The notes beneath the pieces are model-generated. The model was not told where the DNA came from and did no database searches. It saw only the letters and a list, made by a program, of their open reading frames with translations. Position numbers and translations under genes: made by a program. A stretch of 64,000 bases of DNA from Candidatus Brennerbacteria bacterium. GTDB taxonomy: Bacteria > Patescibacteriota > Minisyncoccia > UBA6257 > GWB1-50-10. How positions within the stretch are numbered: position 1 is the first letter of the stretch; the number at the start of each line of letters is the position of its first letter. The DNA lies in contig JACPEK010000006.1 of assembly GCA_016183535.1 (NCBI GenBank), positions 38,015 through 102,014 on the forward strand, read 5' to 3'. Of the stretch, positions 45,865-55,449 are shown piece after piece.

Positions 45865-46389
45865 TTACGGCAACACAATAAGTTGTCCCATTATCTTCGC
45901 TCCGGCCGGGCAAGAGTCGCGACACTCAAACCGGTACGTTCCCGCGGCGGTGGTCTGAAAACTCACCTGCTTCGTCTCCCCTTTCACCACTTTCTGGTAG
46001 AGCCCGCTCCATGGCATCGAGAAATCGTAGTCGCCGTCCTCTGCGGTGAGGCGAATCTGCACAAGATTGCCGAGCTTCACCGTCAAGGTCGAGGGGGCAA
46101 AGCCGTTGCGCGACACCGTCATTTCGAAGATGCCGAGCGTTTCCTCCCTCCCGGGCGCCGCGGGCGCCTCGATGGCGGGGGGTGTTTCCACCGCGTTTTC
46201 AGGCACCTCGGAGGTATACGCGGACGTTTCGAGTGAAACTGCCCCGCTCCCTTCCGTTTCCTCCTCCGCGCTCCCCGCCGGCCCCGCGCCTTCCGGCCCC
46301 GCGTCCCGCCCGGAAAACGCCCCGATGATCGCAACGAGCGCGATAAAACCCCCGAGTGCCGCGAGAATAATAAGTTGTTTGCGCGTCAT
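45865..46389 (-). CDS. membrane-anchored cupredoxin-like domain protein (paralog 3 of 3)
   Basis: TM plus GTYRFECRDSCPAGAKIMGQLIVLP. Confidence 0.5.
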   Translation of the reverse strand: MTRKQLIILAALGGFIALVAIIGAFSGRDAGPEGAGPAGSAEEETEGSGAVSLETSAYTSEVPENAVETPPAIEAPAAPGREETLGIFEMTVSRNGFAPSTLTVKLGNLVQIRLTAEDGDYDFSMPWSGLYQKVVKGETKQVSFQTTAAGTYRFECRDSCPAGAKIMGQLIVLP

Positions 46390-46484
46390 TCAAATAATTA
46401 TAGCAAGTTTAAACGGCTCATGGGTCGAATAAGTCCCATGGGCCGTATGGGACTTATAAGCCGAGGTGATATAAAATAAGAGAG

Positions 46485-47444
46485 ATGCGAGGAATAAAAA
46501 TTGCTTTCTGGATCCTTATTGCGATTGTCCTTTCCCTCACGGCATTTGCCGCGCTCCGCGCCGGCGCCGCGACGAATGTTTCCTCCGCCTCAAACGAGCG
46601 CCTCGCGTGGGACGATGAGAATGGCTGGTGGGACTTCTACAGTACAAACACAGTAACAATCTACGGCACGCGCCTCGAGGGCTACGCCTCGTCCACAGTC
46701 GGCGATCTTTCGCTCGATTGCGCCACGACCGCTTCCGGCAACGTTTGCGCCTCGTCGAACTACGGCGTCTGCAATGGGCCGGGGCCGCATGCGACGGACG
46801 GCGCCTGCGCGTCGGGCGACGCCTCGGGCGATCTCACGGGGTACGCGTGGAACGACGCCATGGGATGGGTGAGCTTTAATTGCAACCAATCCTCGCACGG
46901 CGGCGCGAATAACTGTGTATCGTCGAACTATAAAGTTTCGATCGACGCGAACGGCAACTTCTCGGGCTACGCATGGAACGATGTCGCGGGATGGTTAAGT
47001 TTTAACTGCGCGGACGCGGGCGGAAGCTCGTGCGGCGACTCTAACTACAAGGTAATCACCTCATGGCGGGCCACTTCCACTTTCGCCTATCTCGAATCGT
47101 CGGTCTTCGACACGGAGCGGAGTGAGGGCGGCGCACTCCAGAGCATCGTCTGGCAAGGTTCGCAACCTTCCGGCGCCTCGGTGGATTTCCAGATCGCGAC
47201 TTCGAGCTCCTCTTCCGGGCCGTGGACGTTCTACGGCCCCGGCGGAAGCTCCGTCGCATATTATGGAGCGGAGTGTCCGCTCTCGGGTATTGCATCGCCC
47301 GGCGCGGGTCCCGACAAAGCGATTTGCGTGGATAAAAATGCGGGCGCGGCGCGCTATCTGCGGTATAAAATACGACTGCGGTCGAATCTGCTTCAGACAC
47401 AAACGCCGAGCGTTGATGACGTCATTCTCATTTGGACGAGATAG
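46485..47444 (+). CDS. secreted repeat protein (three G[YW]AWND..GW[VL]SFNC repeats), hypothetical
   Basis: Signal peptide present. Repeats at GWWDFYS, GYAWNDAMGWVSFNCNQ and GYAWNDVAGWLSFNCAD. Confidence 0.5.
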   Translation: MRGIKIAFWILIAIVLSLTAFAALRAGAATNVSSASNERLAWDDENGWWDFYSTNTVTIYGTRLEGYASSTVGDLSLDCATTASGNVCASSNYGVCNGPGPHATDGACASGDASGDLTGYAWNDAMGWVSFNCNQSSHGGANNCVSSNYKVSIDANGNFSGYAWNDVAGWLSFNCADAGGSSCGDSNYKVITSWRATSTFAYLESSVFDTERSEGGALQSIVWQGSQPSGASVDFQIATSSSSSGPWTFYGPGGSSVAYYGAECPLSGIASPGAGPDKAICVDKNAGAARYLRYKIRLRSNLLQTQTPSVDDVILIWTR

Positions 47445-47493
47445 GATTAGTTGATTAGTTACGCTACGCTTTAGTTGATTAGTTTCCAAAAAA

Positions 47494-47865
47494 ATGCCAA
47501 CCGGACTGGAAAATCTCAAAATTTATCAACTAGCAAAAGAGCTCGAGCTTGAGATTCATCAAGCCACCAAAAAATTCCCAATAGAAGAAAGATGGAGAAG
47601 TGTCGATCAGCTGAACCGCTCGGCCGCAGCCGTTTCAAACAATATCGCGGAGGCATATCATAAACTTTCAGTCATCCAGAGGGAGCACATATTACGAAAC
47701 ATCGCTATCGGGGAAGCTGAAGAAACAAAACGAAATATTGAACGTTGTTCAATGAAAACGTTTATTTCCAAAACAACTGCTGATGATATTGCTAATCGCT
47801 ATACAAGTCTTATTAAAGGCGTATATGGTTATATTCGATTTCTCAAAAACCAATCAACTAATTAA
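47494..47865 (+). CDS. four-helix-bundle protein (TIGR02436-like; Avd homolog), second copy
   Basis: LKIYQLAKELELEIHQATKKFPIEERWRSVDQLNRSAAAVSNNIAEAY. AT-rich. Flanked by imperfect inverted repeats (attagttgattagtt at 47446-47460 and 47471-47484; aaccaatcaactaatt at 47849-47864). Confidence 0.7.
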   Translation: MPTGLENLKIYQLAKELELEIHQATKKFPIEERWRSVDQLNRSAAAVSNNIAEAYHKLSVIQREHILRNIAIGEAEETKRNIERCSMKTFISKTTADDIANRYTSLIKGVYGYIRFLKNQSTN

Positions 47866-47867
47866 CT

Positions 47868-49322
47868 ATGCTCAAACTCTACAACACCCTGACTCGCAAA
47901 AAAGAAATCTTCCGGCCGCTCGTGAAAGGTAAGGTTGGGCTCTACACCTGCGGGCCTACCGTCTACCATTACGCGCACATCGGAAACCTGCGCACCTATA
48001 TTTTTGAGGATATCCTTGAGCGCGCGCTCACCCGAAACGGCTACGAGGTAAAGCGCGTGATGAACGTGACGGACGTGGGACACCTCACCTCGGACGCCGA
48101 CCTTGGCGAAGACAAACTGGAAAAGGGGGCAAAGCGCGAGAAGAAATCACCGTGGGACACCGCGAAATTTTATACCAAGGCGTTCCTCGCAGATCTGAAA
48201 AAACTCAACATCAAAAAACCGGAGTGCGTCGCGCCCGCCACGAAATACGTTTCGGAACAGATTGGGTTGATCGAGCGTCTCTTCGCGCGGGGCTACGCGT
48301 ACGAAACGCCGCAGGCGGTGTATTTCGATATAAGCAAGTTTGCAAATTATGGCAAACTGTCAAACACGAATTATGCGAATAGAAAAGCGCGAATGAACAC
48401 GAGTGGAAGGCATGGAAGAGCCGAGGTGGTGGAGGATCCGAAAAAACGGCATCGCGAGGACTTCGCACTGTGGTTCAAGCGCGTGGAACGCTTCAAACAC
48501 CACATCATGCACTGGAGCTCACCCTGGGGCTTGGGGTTCCCGGGGTGGCACATTGAGTGCTCGGCGATTTCTTCCGCGCTTCTGGGTCAGCCGTTCGACA
48601 TCCACACGGGAGGCGTGGACCATATCGCGGTGCACCACACGAACGAGATCGCACAATCCGAAGGCGCCTATGGAAAACCGCTCGCGCGTTACTGGATGCA
48701 CGGCGAGTTTTTGAACATGAGCGGCGGCAAAATGGCAAAATCATCCGGCGCGTTCGTCACGCTCGCCGACATGGAGAAAAAGAGATTCGATCCACTCGCC
48801 TACCGCTACTTCGTCCTCGGCGCGCATTACCGCACCCCGCTTACGTTCACGTGGACCGCGCTCCACGGCGCGGCGAACGCGCTCGAAAAACTGAAACGCA
48901 TAGTGGCAACGCTCAAAGCGACGCCACAAATCAACGCGAATAAAAAAACGCGGACTAGCACGGATAAAATTTACCGATCTTATATGAAACGGTTCAATGA
49001 GGCGATCGCGGACGATTTGAACACCCCACGGGCACTCGCGGCGCTCTGGAGCGCGGCGAATGACGCCAAGCTCACGTCGAAAGAAAAACTCGCACTCCTC
49101 CTCTCTTACGACGAAGTGCTGGGGTTTGGTTTCAAAGAGGTGAGGAAGTCTGCCCCCGTTCCACCCTCCATTCTCAAACTCGTCGAGGAGCGGGAGTTAT
49201 ACCGGCGTAATAAACAGTTTGATAAGGCAGACACCTTGCGGGCGCGCGTCGACGGGTTAGGATACACGATAGCAGACGCCCCTTCCGGGCCAGAAGTCCG
49301 AAAGGAAAATTCTAAATCCTAA
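47868..49322 (+). CDS. cysS: cysteinyl-tRNA synthetase
   Basis: HIGN (HYAHIGNLRTY) and KMAKSSG (KMSKS) class I motifs; zinc-binding Cys; DALR-type C-terminus. Confidence 0.93.
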   Translation: MLKLYNTLTRKKEIFRPLVKGKVGLYTCGPTVYHYAHIGNLRTYIFEDILERALTRNGYEVKRVMNVTDVGHLTSDADLGEDKLEKGAKREKKSPWDTAKFYTKAFLADLKKLNIKKPECVAPATKYVSEQIGLIERLFARGYAYETPQAVYFDISKFANYGKLSNTNYANRKARMNTSGRHGRAEVVEDPKKRHREDFALWFKRVERFKHHIMHWSSPWGLGFPGWHIECSAISSALLGQPFDIHTGGVDHIAVHHTNEIAQSEGAYGKPLARYWMHGEFLNMSGGKMAKSSGAFVTLADMEKKRFDPLAYRYFVLGAHYRTPLTFTWTALHGAANALEKLKRIVATLKATPQINANKKTRTSTDKIYRSYMKRFNEAIADDLNTPRALAALWSAANDAKLTSKEKLALLLSYDEVLGFGFKEVRKSAPVPPSILKLVEERELYRRNKQFDKADTLRARVDGLGYTIADAPSGPEVRKENSKS

Positions 49323-49488
49323 TATCTAAATCCTAAATACCGATTTTATCGAGTATCCTCGACGCAGTCGGGACAAATTCGAAATCCAAAATCCGAATGT
49401 TCCAAACGTTTCGGGTTTAGTATTTTGAACATTGGGATTTGTTTATGGTTTAGGATTTCGGATTTAGAGTTTAGAGTTTTATTTTTCT

Positions 49489-50838
49489 ATGCCTCCCAAA
49501 ACACCAAAACTTCCCCCGCAGGACCTTGAAGCCGAACGCTCGGTGCTCGGCGCCTTGATGCTCGACAAAACCGCAATTGTGAAAATCGCGGACACGCTCG
49601 CGCCGGACGATTTCTACCACCCGGGACATCAAAAAATCTACGCGAGCATCCTGGGACTCTTCGAGCGGGGCAACCCCATTGATCTTCTCACCGTTTCACA
49701 CGACCTCAAGGAGAAAAAACTTGTGCAGGCGGCGGGCGGCGCGGACTATCTCACCGAGCTCGTCGAGAAGGTGCCAACCGCGGCGCACGTGGAACGGTAC
49801 GCGGAGATGGTGAAGGAAAAACGCGTGCGGCGCGACCTTATTGAAGCGTCGTCGGTCGTGAATGAGCTCGCCGTGGACGGCGACGACTTCGAAACGCTCC
49901 TCGACAAGGTGGAATCGAAAGTGTTCGGCATTTCGGAACGGTCGCGCCCGCAGAAATTCGTGCCGGTGCAGTCCGAGCTTCCCGCGGCCTACGAGCGGCT
50001 CGAAAATCTGCACCGCGGCGGGCACGGCGGCTACCGCGGGGTTCCCACGGGATTCATGGGCCTCGACAACATCCTCTCGGGTCTCCAGCGATCCGACCTT
50101 ATTATCGTGGGCGCGCGCCCCTCATACGGGAAAACGACGCTCGCCCTCGATGTCGCGCGGCAGATTGCGCTCCAAGGGAAATCCGTCGGCATATTTTCCC
50201 TCGAAATGTCGAAAGATCAGATCGTGGATCGCCTGATCGCTTCGCAGGCGCAAATTCCCCTCTGGCGGCTCCGCACCGGCAAACTCTCGGATGATCTCGA
50301 ATTCGCGCTCGTCCAGCAAGCCCTGGACGAGCTCTCGAAAGCAAAGATTTTTATCGACGACACTCCCTCGCCCACCGTGCTCCAGATGCGCTCCATGGCA
50401 CGGCGCCTTCAGATTGAACACGGACTCGACCTCATAATCGTGGACTATCTCCAGCTCGTTCAGTCGCGCATAAATTCCGACAGCATGGTTCAGCAGGTAA
50501 CGGAAATTTCACGTGGGTTGAAGGCGCTCGCGCGGGAACTCGTGATTCCCGTGATCGCGGTGTCCCAGCTCTCGCGCGCGGTGGATCAGCGCGAAGTGAA
50601 AATTCCGCGCCTCTCCGATCTCCGCGAATCAGGATCGCTCGAGCAAGACGCCGACGTGGTGCTTTTCATTTACCGCAAAGATCGAGAGCGGAACGATCTT
50701 CCGCCCGAGGAGCAGAACCGCGTCGAGGTGATTATCGCAAAACACCGGAACGGCCCCCTCGGATCCGTCGAACTCCGCTTCGACCCCGAGAAGGTGAGTT
50801 TTAGGAATGTGGACACCCGCCATAGTGATGGCGAGTAA
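49489..50838 (+). CDS. dnaB: replicative DNA helicase DnaB
   Basis: N-terminal DnaB domain; Walker A GARPSYGKTTLALD; RecA-like C-terminal domain. Confidence 0.93.
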   Translation: MPPKTPKLPPQDLEAERSVLGALMLDKTAIVKIADTLAPDDFYHPGHQKIYASILGLFERGNPIDLLTVSHDLKEKKLVQAAGGADYLTELVEKVPTAAHVERYAEMVKEKRVRRDLIEASSVVNELAVDGDDFETLLDKVESKVFGISERSRPQKFVPVQSELPAAYERLENLHRGGHGGYRGVPTGFMGLDNILSGLQRSDLIIVGARPSYGKTTLALDVARQIALQGKSVGIFSLEMSKDQIVDRLIASQAQIPLWRLRTGKLSDDLEFALVQQALDELSKAKIFIDDTPSPTVLQMRSMARRLQIEHGLDLIIVDYLQLVQSRINSDSMVQQVTEISRGLKALARELVIPVIAVSQLSRAVDQREVKIPRLSDLRESGSLEQDADVVLFIYRKDRERNDLPPEEQNRVEVIIAKHRNGPLGSVELRFDPEKVSFRNVDTRHSDGE

Positions 50839-50911
50839 ATTATTCTAATTGCCCTAATTAACCTTTTGATGAGAGTAATGAGAATAATGAGAAATTAGAC
50901 ATTTTTACTTC

Positions 50912-51511
50912 ATGATTCCCGACGCCATACAAAAATTCATCGCCGTGTTCGAAAAACTCCCGCCGTTCGGCCCCCGAACCGCGACCCGTCTCGCGTTCCA
51001 CCTCACAAGCCTCGACCGGAGCACGCTCGAAACTCTCATCGCGGGGCTCTCGGGCCTCAAGGAAATTGACCGGTGCCCGCGATGTTTCTTTCTTAAGGAG
51101 CGGCGGGCGCGGACATGCGCGATCTGCGCCGCGCCGGCGCGGAACCCCCGCGCGATCGCGCTCGTTGAAAAAGACACCGACATCATCTCACTCGAGCGCA
51201 CCGGCCGCTGGAAGGGACACTATCTCGTCTTCGGCGAACTGCCGGAGCACGGCGTTCTTGAAACTTCCCACCGGCTCCGCCTCGCCACGCTCGCGAAGCG
51301 CATCGCGGACGAGCTCGGAGGAAAAGCAGACGAACTGGTGCTGGCCCTGAACCCCACCGCGTTCGGCGACTTCGCGGCGGATCTCATCGCGCGGGAATTC
51401 TCGGACAAAGCCATTAAAATATCCCGCCTCGGGCGCGGAATCCCGACCGGTGGCGAGATTGAATTCGCGGACGAAGAAACGCTCGGTCAAGCATTGGAAC
51501 GCAGAACTTAG
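50912..51511 (+). CDS. recR: recombination protein RecR
   Basis: HhH N-terminus; C4 zinc finger CPRCFFL...CAICA; Toprim domain. Confidence 0.9.
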   Translation: MIPDAIQKFIAVFEKLPPFGPRTATRLAFHLTSLDRSTLETLIAGLSGLKEIDRCPRCFFLKERRARTCAICAAPARNPRAIALVEKDTDIISLERTGRWKGHYLVFGELPEHGVLETSHRLRLATLAKRIADELGGKADELVLALNPTAFGDFAADLIAREFSDKAIKISRLGRGIPTGGEIEFADEETLGQALERRT

Positions 51512-51584
51512 GCACTAGACATGAGGCTCTAGGCACTAGCAAATAAAAAGCGAGCGCTAACGCCCAAAGCTTAGCGCCTAAAGC

Positions 51585-51896
51585 CTAGATTTTAGTAATT
51601 TCCACCTTCGTGTACTTCTGCCGATGCGTTTTAAGCTTGCGGTAGCGGGTTTTCGAGTGGTACCGAAAAACAATCTTCCGCTCCCCCCTTTCCTCGTCCA
51701 CCACCTTGCCTTCCACATGCGCGCCTTTTATGTACGGCGCACCCATCTCCACCCGCTCTCCGTCGGCAACGAGGAGCACGCGGTCGAATTTCAGCGCACT
51801 TCCTTTTGTTTCCGGGAGTTTCTCCACAGTAAGCGCCGTACCCGGCGCTACCTTGTATTGCTTGCCGCCAGTTTCGATAATTGCAAATTTTGACAT
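51585..51896 (-). CDS. rplU: 50S ribosomal protein L21
   Basis: MSKFAIIETGGKQYKV... L21-like sequence. Confidence 0.93.
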   Translation of the reverse strand: MSKFAIIETGGKQYKVAPGTALTVEKLPETKGSALKFDRVLLVADGERVEMGAPYIKGAHVEGKVVDEERGERKIVFRYHSKTRYRKLKTHRQKYTKVEITKI

Positions 51897-51982
51897 AGCC
51901 GTTCCATCTTACTAAAACCGCGGGGAATGTCAAAACAAAAATCCCCCGGAGGGGATTTTTGTGGTTTTGTTCTCGCGGAAAC

Positions 51983-52666
51983 CTACCGCTGTTCGGTGTG
52001 TTCGCGGAGCCGATTCACGAGCGACGCGGCGTAATCTTTCCCGCCCAAGCCAAACGCGATGCCGCCGGCGAGCGCAAGCATAGCGACGAATCCCGTCACG
52101 ATGGAGTTCACGATCGCCACCGCAATCCCCAACTGGGAGAGCGCCGCGAGAAACCCGAACACCGTTACCGCCCACCACGTGAGCGAACCCAGGAAATTCG
52201 AGGCGTGGAGCTGGGCGCCCTTCACGGATGCACGCACGAGATGCCGAAGCGTATTCGCGATCACCACCGCGGCGAGCATGATCAATACCGCCACGATGAC
52301 GTTCGGAATGTACAGAAGCACTTCCCGGAGGAAAGTGGAAAGCGAGTAGAAGCCCAAAATGTCGCTTGCCGCAAGCAGGAACACGATCACGAGGAACCAA
52401 TACACGAGCTTTCCGAAGAACCGCGCGCTATTGAGCTGGATCCCCGCCCGGTCGAAGTGCTGTTTAACCCCCAAACTCGCGAGACCGCGATCGAGCTTCA
52501 CCAAAGCGATTACCCGCTCGACAAGCGTCCCGAGACCCGACGCCACGATGAGTCCGATGATCAAAATGATCAAAGCGCCCACAATGTTCGCCATCACGCC
52601 CAAAGTGCCGGCCCACAGGCTCTGGAGGGAACCCACGATAACCGACGTCCAATCTTGAAGAATCAT
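51983..52666 (-). CDS. membrane protein with conserved-TM-helix repeats (MscS-N-terminal-like), hypothetical
   Basis: ORF trimmed to MILQDW.... Repeated amphipathic TM helices. Confidence 0.45.
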   Translation of the reverse strand: MILQDWTSVIVGSLQSLWAGTLGVMANIVGALIILIIGLIVASGLGTLVERVIALVKLDRGLASLGVKQHFDRAGIQLNSARFFGKLVYWFLVIVFLLAASDILGFYSLSTFLREVLLYIPNVIVAVLIMLAAVVIANTLRHLVRASVKGAQLHASNFLGSLTWWAVTVFGFLAALSQLGIAVAIVNSIVTGFVAMLALAGGIAFGLGGKDYAASLVNRLREHTEQR

Positions 52667-52728
52667 TGGTATGTGATAAATTTGAATTCGATTCGACCTT
52701 TGAAGCCTTACGGGAATCATTATATCAA

Positions 52729-53169
52729 ATGTCGCGCGGCACACCCACCCTGGTTATCCTCACCTTCCTCGTTCTCACGATGAACCATCTCGCGTCCGTT
52801 TTCGGTTGGTATACCGAGCTTCCGTGGTTCGATATGGTGATGCACGCGCTTGGAGGGGCGTGGATCGCCGCAATCGCCATCGTGGTCGGCGCACGGCGTT
52901 TCCCGAACTTTTTTGGCGTTCCGTTTCCTAAAAACTTGCTCCGCGTAGTGATCGCTGTGTTGGCGGCGGGAGCGCTCTGGGAGGTCTACGAGCTGGGGTT
53001 CGCGGCGTGGGCCACCGCCGCCCACGGCGACCTCGGATTTTATCAACCATGGACCGATACCGCGTCGGATTTCTTTTTCGACGCGGCGGGCGCGGCGTTC
53101 GCCGGCACATTGCTCCTCAACTTTTCCCGCGGTGGTGATTTGCGAGCACCGCGAGATCGCGCGCTTTGA
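52729..53169 (+). CDS. hypothetical polytopic membrane protein
   Basis: ORF 52666..53169 trimmed to MSRGTPTLVIL.... Weakly supported; it overlaps the start of the antiporter gene. Confidence 0.3.
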   Translation: MSRGTPTLVILTFLVLTMNHLASVFGWYTELPWFDMVMHALGGAWIAAIAIVVGARRFPNFFGVPFPKNLLRVVIAVLAAGALWEVYELGFAAWATAAHGDLGFYQPWTDTASDFFFDAAGAAFAGTLLLNFSRGGDLRAPRDRAL

Positions 53170-54817
53170 GCTCTTCCAATACTTTCATTTCCGGATCAAG
53201 GCCAAGCGTGCGGCCAAAATATTGCCCCGCGGTAAAGTGCGGGAGAAGCACGTAGTCGGCGGAGTGCGCGTAGAGTATGCGCGCTTCGTCCTCCGTTTCC
53301 GCGCGCATCACGAGCTTGGGACGTATTGGACGTTTCGAAAATCCTTCGAGAAGCGTCAGGTTGTCTTCGAGTTCCGGACTGGTGGAAATAAGAAGGCGCG
53401 CCTCGCCCGCATTCGCCGTTTCCACGATCTCGCGGTCGCGCGCGTCGCCGAAGAGGCACACGAACCCGCGCGCAGTCATGCGTCGAATAACTTCCGGGTC
53501 AAAGTCCACCACGAGCACCTTCTCGCGCGGCAAGCTCATGGCAATCACTTCTCCGGTTCGGTGGCATCCCACGAGCACGATGGGTTTATGAAACCCCTCC
53601 TGCGGCACTTCAATCTCTTTCGTATGCCGCTTCTCGAAAATCGAGAGGAGGGGGGCGAGACGCCGATAGATTTCGTCCGCGCGGGTAATCATATAAACCG
53701 AGAACGCGATGGTGATGACGCCGACCGCGGTCGTCGTGGCAACTACGTCTCCGCCTACGTGCCCCGCGGCCGCTCCCATCGCGACGAGAATGAAGCTGAA
53801 TTCCGAGATTTGGGCGGTTGTGATGCCAGAGAAAAAACTCGTCCGCCTCCGGTATCCCATAAGTCCCATCACGACGAGGACGATCAGGGGGTTTCCGACG
53901 AGTACAAAGAGCGAAAGCGCCGCCACGGGAACGGCGACCGGCAAAACACTCGAGAACGACACCGATGCGCCGAGGATCACAAAGAAAACGAGAATGAAAA
54001 AGTCGCGCAAAGGCGCAATGCGGCTCGCAATCTGAAAACGCTCGGATGAATTCGCGAGGGCGAGACCCGCCATGAAGCCCGCGATCTCTATCGAAAACCC
54101 AAGTTTGGAAACCGCGACCACCACCGAAAAAAGCCACGCAAGCGAGATGAGGAAGAGGAGCTCTTCCGAGCGCGCCACGCGGTCGAAAAGCGGCGGAAGC
54201 GCCTTCCTGCCGAGCCATAACATAATCAAAAAAAGCGCGATCCCCCCCGCAATGGTTACTGCCGAAGCGAGAATCGGATGCACCGCAATGCCCCACCAAT
54301 TAAGTTCCGCGCCCGCGCCGGAAAGAAAAAGAAGAATGAGGATGGCGACCGCGTCCTGCACGAGGAGAAAACCGACGCTGATCCTCCCGTACAAACTCTG
54401 GAGATCCTTCCGATCGGAGAGAAGTTTTACGACGATGATAGTCGACGAGAAAGTCAGAGCCACCGCAAGGTAAAGCGCGGGGAGAGTTTCAAATCCGAGA
54501 AGCAACGAAAGTCCATACCCCAAGGCGGCGGTAAAAACAATCTGCCCGAGTCCCACCAACACGGACGCTTTTCCCACGAGCCGGAGCGACGCGTAGTTTA
54601 CCTCGAGCCCCACCAGAAAGAGAAGGAACATGATGCCGAGACTCGAGAAGAGGCGGAAAGTTTCCTGCGCGATGAGGTCAGTGAAGCCAAGCGCGCCGAT
54701 AAGGATGCCGGTCACGAGGTACGCGAGAATAACCGGCTGGCGAAACATCTTGGCGACAACGCCGAGCGCCGCCGCAATCAGGACTACCGCCGCAAGTTCA
54801 ATTATGCCTTCTGCCAT
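53117..54817 (-). CDS. monovalent cation:proton antiporter-2 (Kef-type) with a C-terminal RCK/TrkA-N domain
   Basis: Na+/H+ exchanger TM core plus IVLVGCHRTGEVI Rossmann-like RCK. Confidence 0.85.
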   Translation of the reverse strand: MAEGIIELAAVVLIAAALGVVAKMFRQPVILAYLVTGILIGALGFTDLIAQETFRLFSSLGIMFLLFLVGLEVNYASLRLVGKASVLVGLGQIVFTAALGYGLSLLLGFETLPALYLAVALTFSSTIIVVKLLSDRKDLQSLYGRISVGFLLVQDAVAILILLFLSGAGAELNWWGIAVHPILASAVTIAGGIALFLIMLWLGRKALPPLFDRVARSEELLFLISLAWLFSVVVAVSKLGFSIEIAGFMAGLALANSSERFQIASRIAPLRDFFILVFFVILGASVSFSSVLPVAVPVAALSLFVLVGNPLIVLVVMGLMGYRRRTSFFSGITTAQISEFSFILVAMGAAAGHVGGDVVATTTAVGVITIAFSVYMITRADEIYRRLAPLLSIFEKRHTKEIEVPQEGFHKPIVLVGCHRTGEVIAMSLPREKVLVVDFDPEVIRRMTARGFVCLFGDARDREIVETANAGEARLLISTSPELEDNLTLLEGFSKRPIRPKLVMRAETEDEARILYAHSADYVLLPHFTAGQYFGRTLGLDPEMKVLEELKARDLAVLANHHRGKS

Positions 54818-55069
54818 GGTACGGTTTTATTGTACAAAAACGATTCGATAATTCCGACTTTATTTGGAACATCTGCTAAAAAGCGCGGAGAGGGGTGGCG
54901 CTCAAGATATTCTGTACGTCTTCCCATCCCGTCGGAAATGCAAAGTTATAACGTGCCGGTACCGCAAATACATAGCGCGCATTACGACCCAGTTCGCTGG
55001 AGTTGACCGGAGCGGCGCCGATATGGAATCAGGAGTGGTTTCAACTAAATCACTTTCTCCCGCACAAAG

Positions 55070-55156
55070 CGGAAGGGGCGAGATTCGAACTCGCGAGAGG
55101 ATTTCTCCCCTACAGTCTTTCCAGGACTGCGCCTTAGACCACTCGGCCACCCTTCC
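55070..55156 (-). tRNA. tRNA-Ser (anticodon GGA), class II with a long variable arm; CCA not encoded
   Basis: Folded by hand: acceptor GGAAGGG/CCCTTCC, D-arm GCCGAGTGGTCTAAGGC, anticodon loop CTGGAAA, variable arm TAGGGGAGAAATCCTCT, T-arm GCGAG-TTCGAAT-CTCGC, discriminator G. Confidence 0.85.
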
Positions 55157-55396
55157 GCTTTGTGCGGGATTGCGTTTTATAACCTCGCTTTACTTCAGAC
55201 AAAACCGGAACAAGCATGCATACTAAACCACCATACGATCCTTCCACACAAAAGAAAATAAAAATTGTCGAGGATCATCGATTTTACCGCCCCCACGGGC
55301 AGGCTGAAATTGCGACAGAACTTCCGCTTCGACCGCTCGCGTACCCTTCCCTGCACACCACTGCCATTGTAGACAACTTACACAAACTTTCAAACA

Positions 55397-55445
55397 CCAT
55401 GGTATCACACTTAATCGCGATAGCATATTAAGTGTGATACCATGG
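55397..55445. promoter_or_regulatory. 49-bp palindrome (19-bp perfect arms ccatggtatcacacttaat / attaagtgtgataccatgg) immediately upstream of the Cas2-like gene
   Basis: Read directly; a related palindrome lies at 56057..56097. Confidence 0.6.
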
Positions 55446-55449
55446 TGGC

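Noticed and set aside
49323-49488. Chromosomal origin of replication upstream of dnaB
   Set aside because: No consensus DnaA boxes and no dnaA nearby. Kept only as a low-interest structured spacer.
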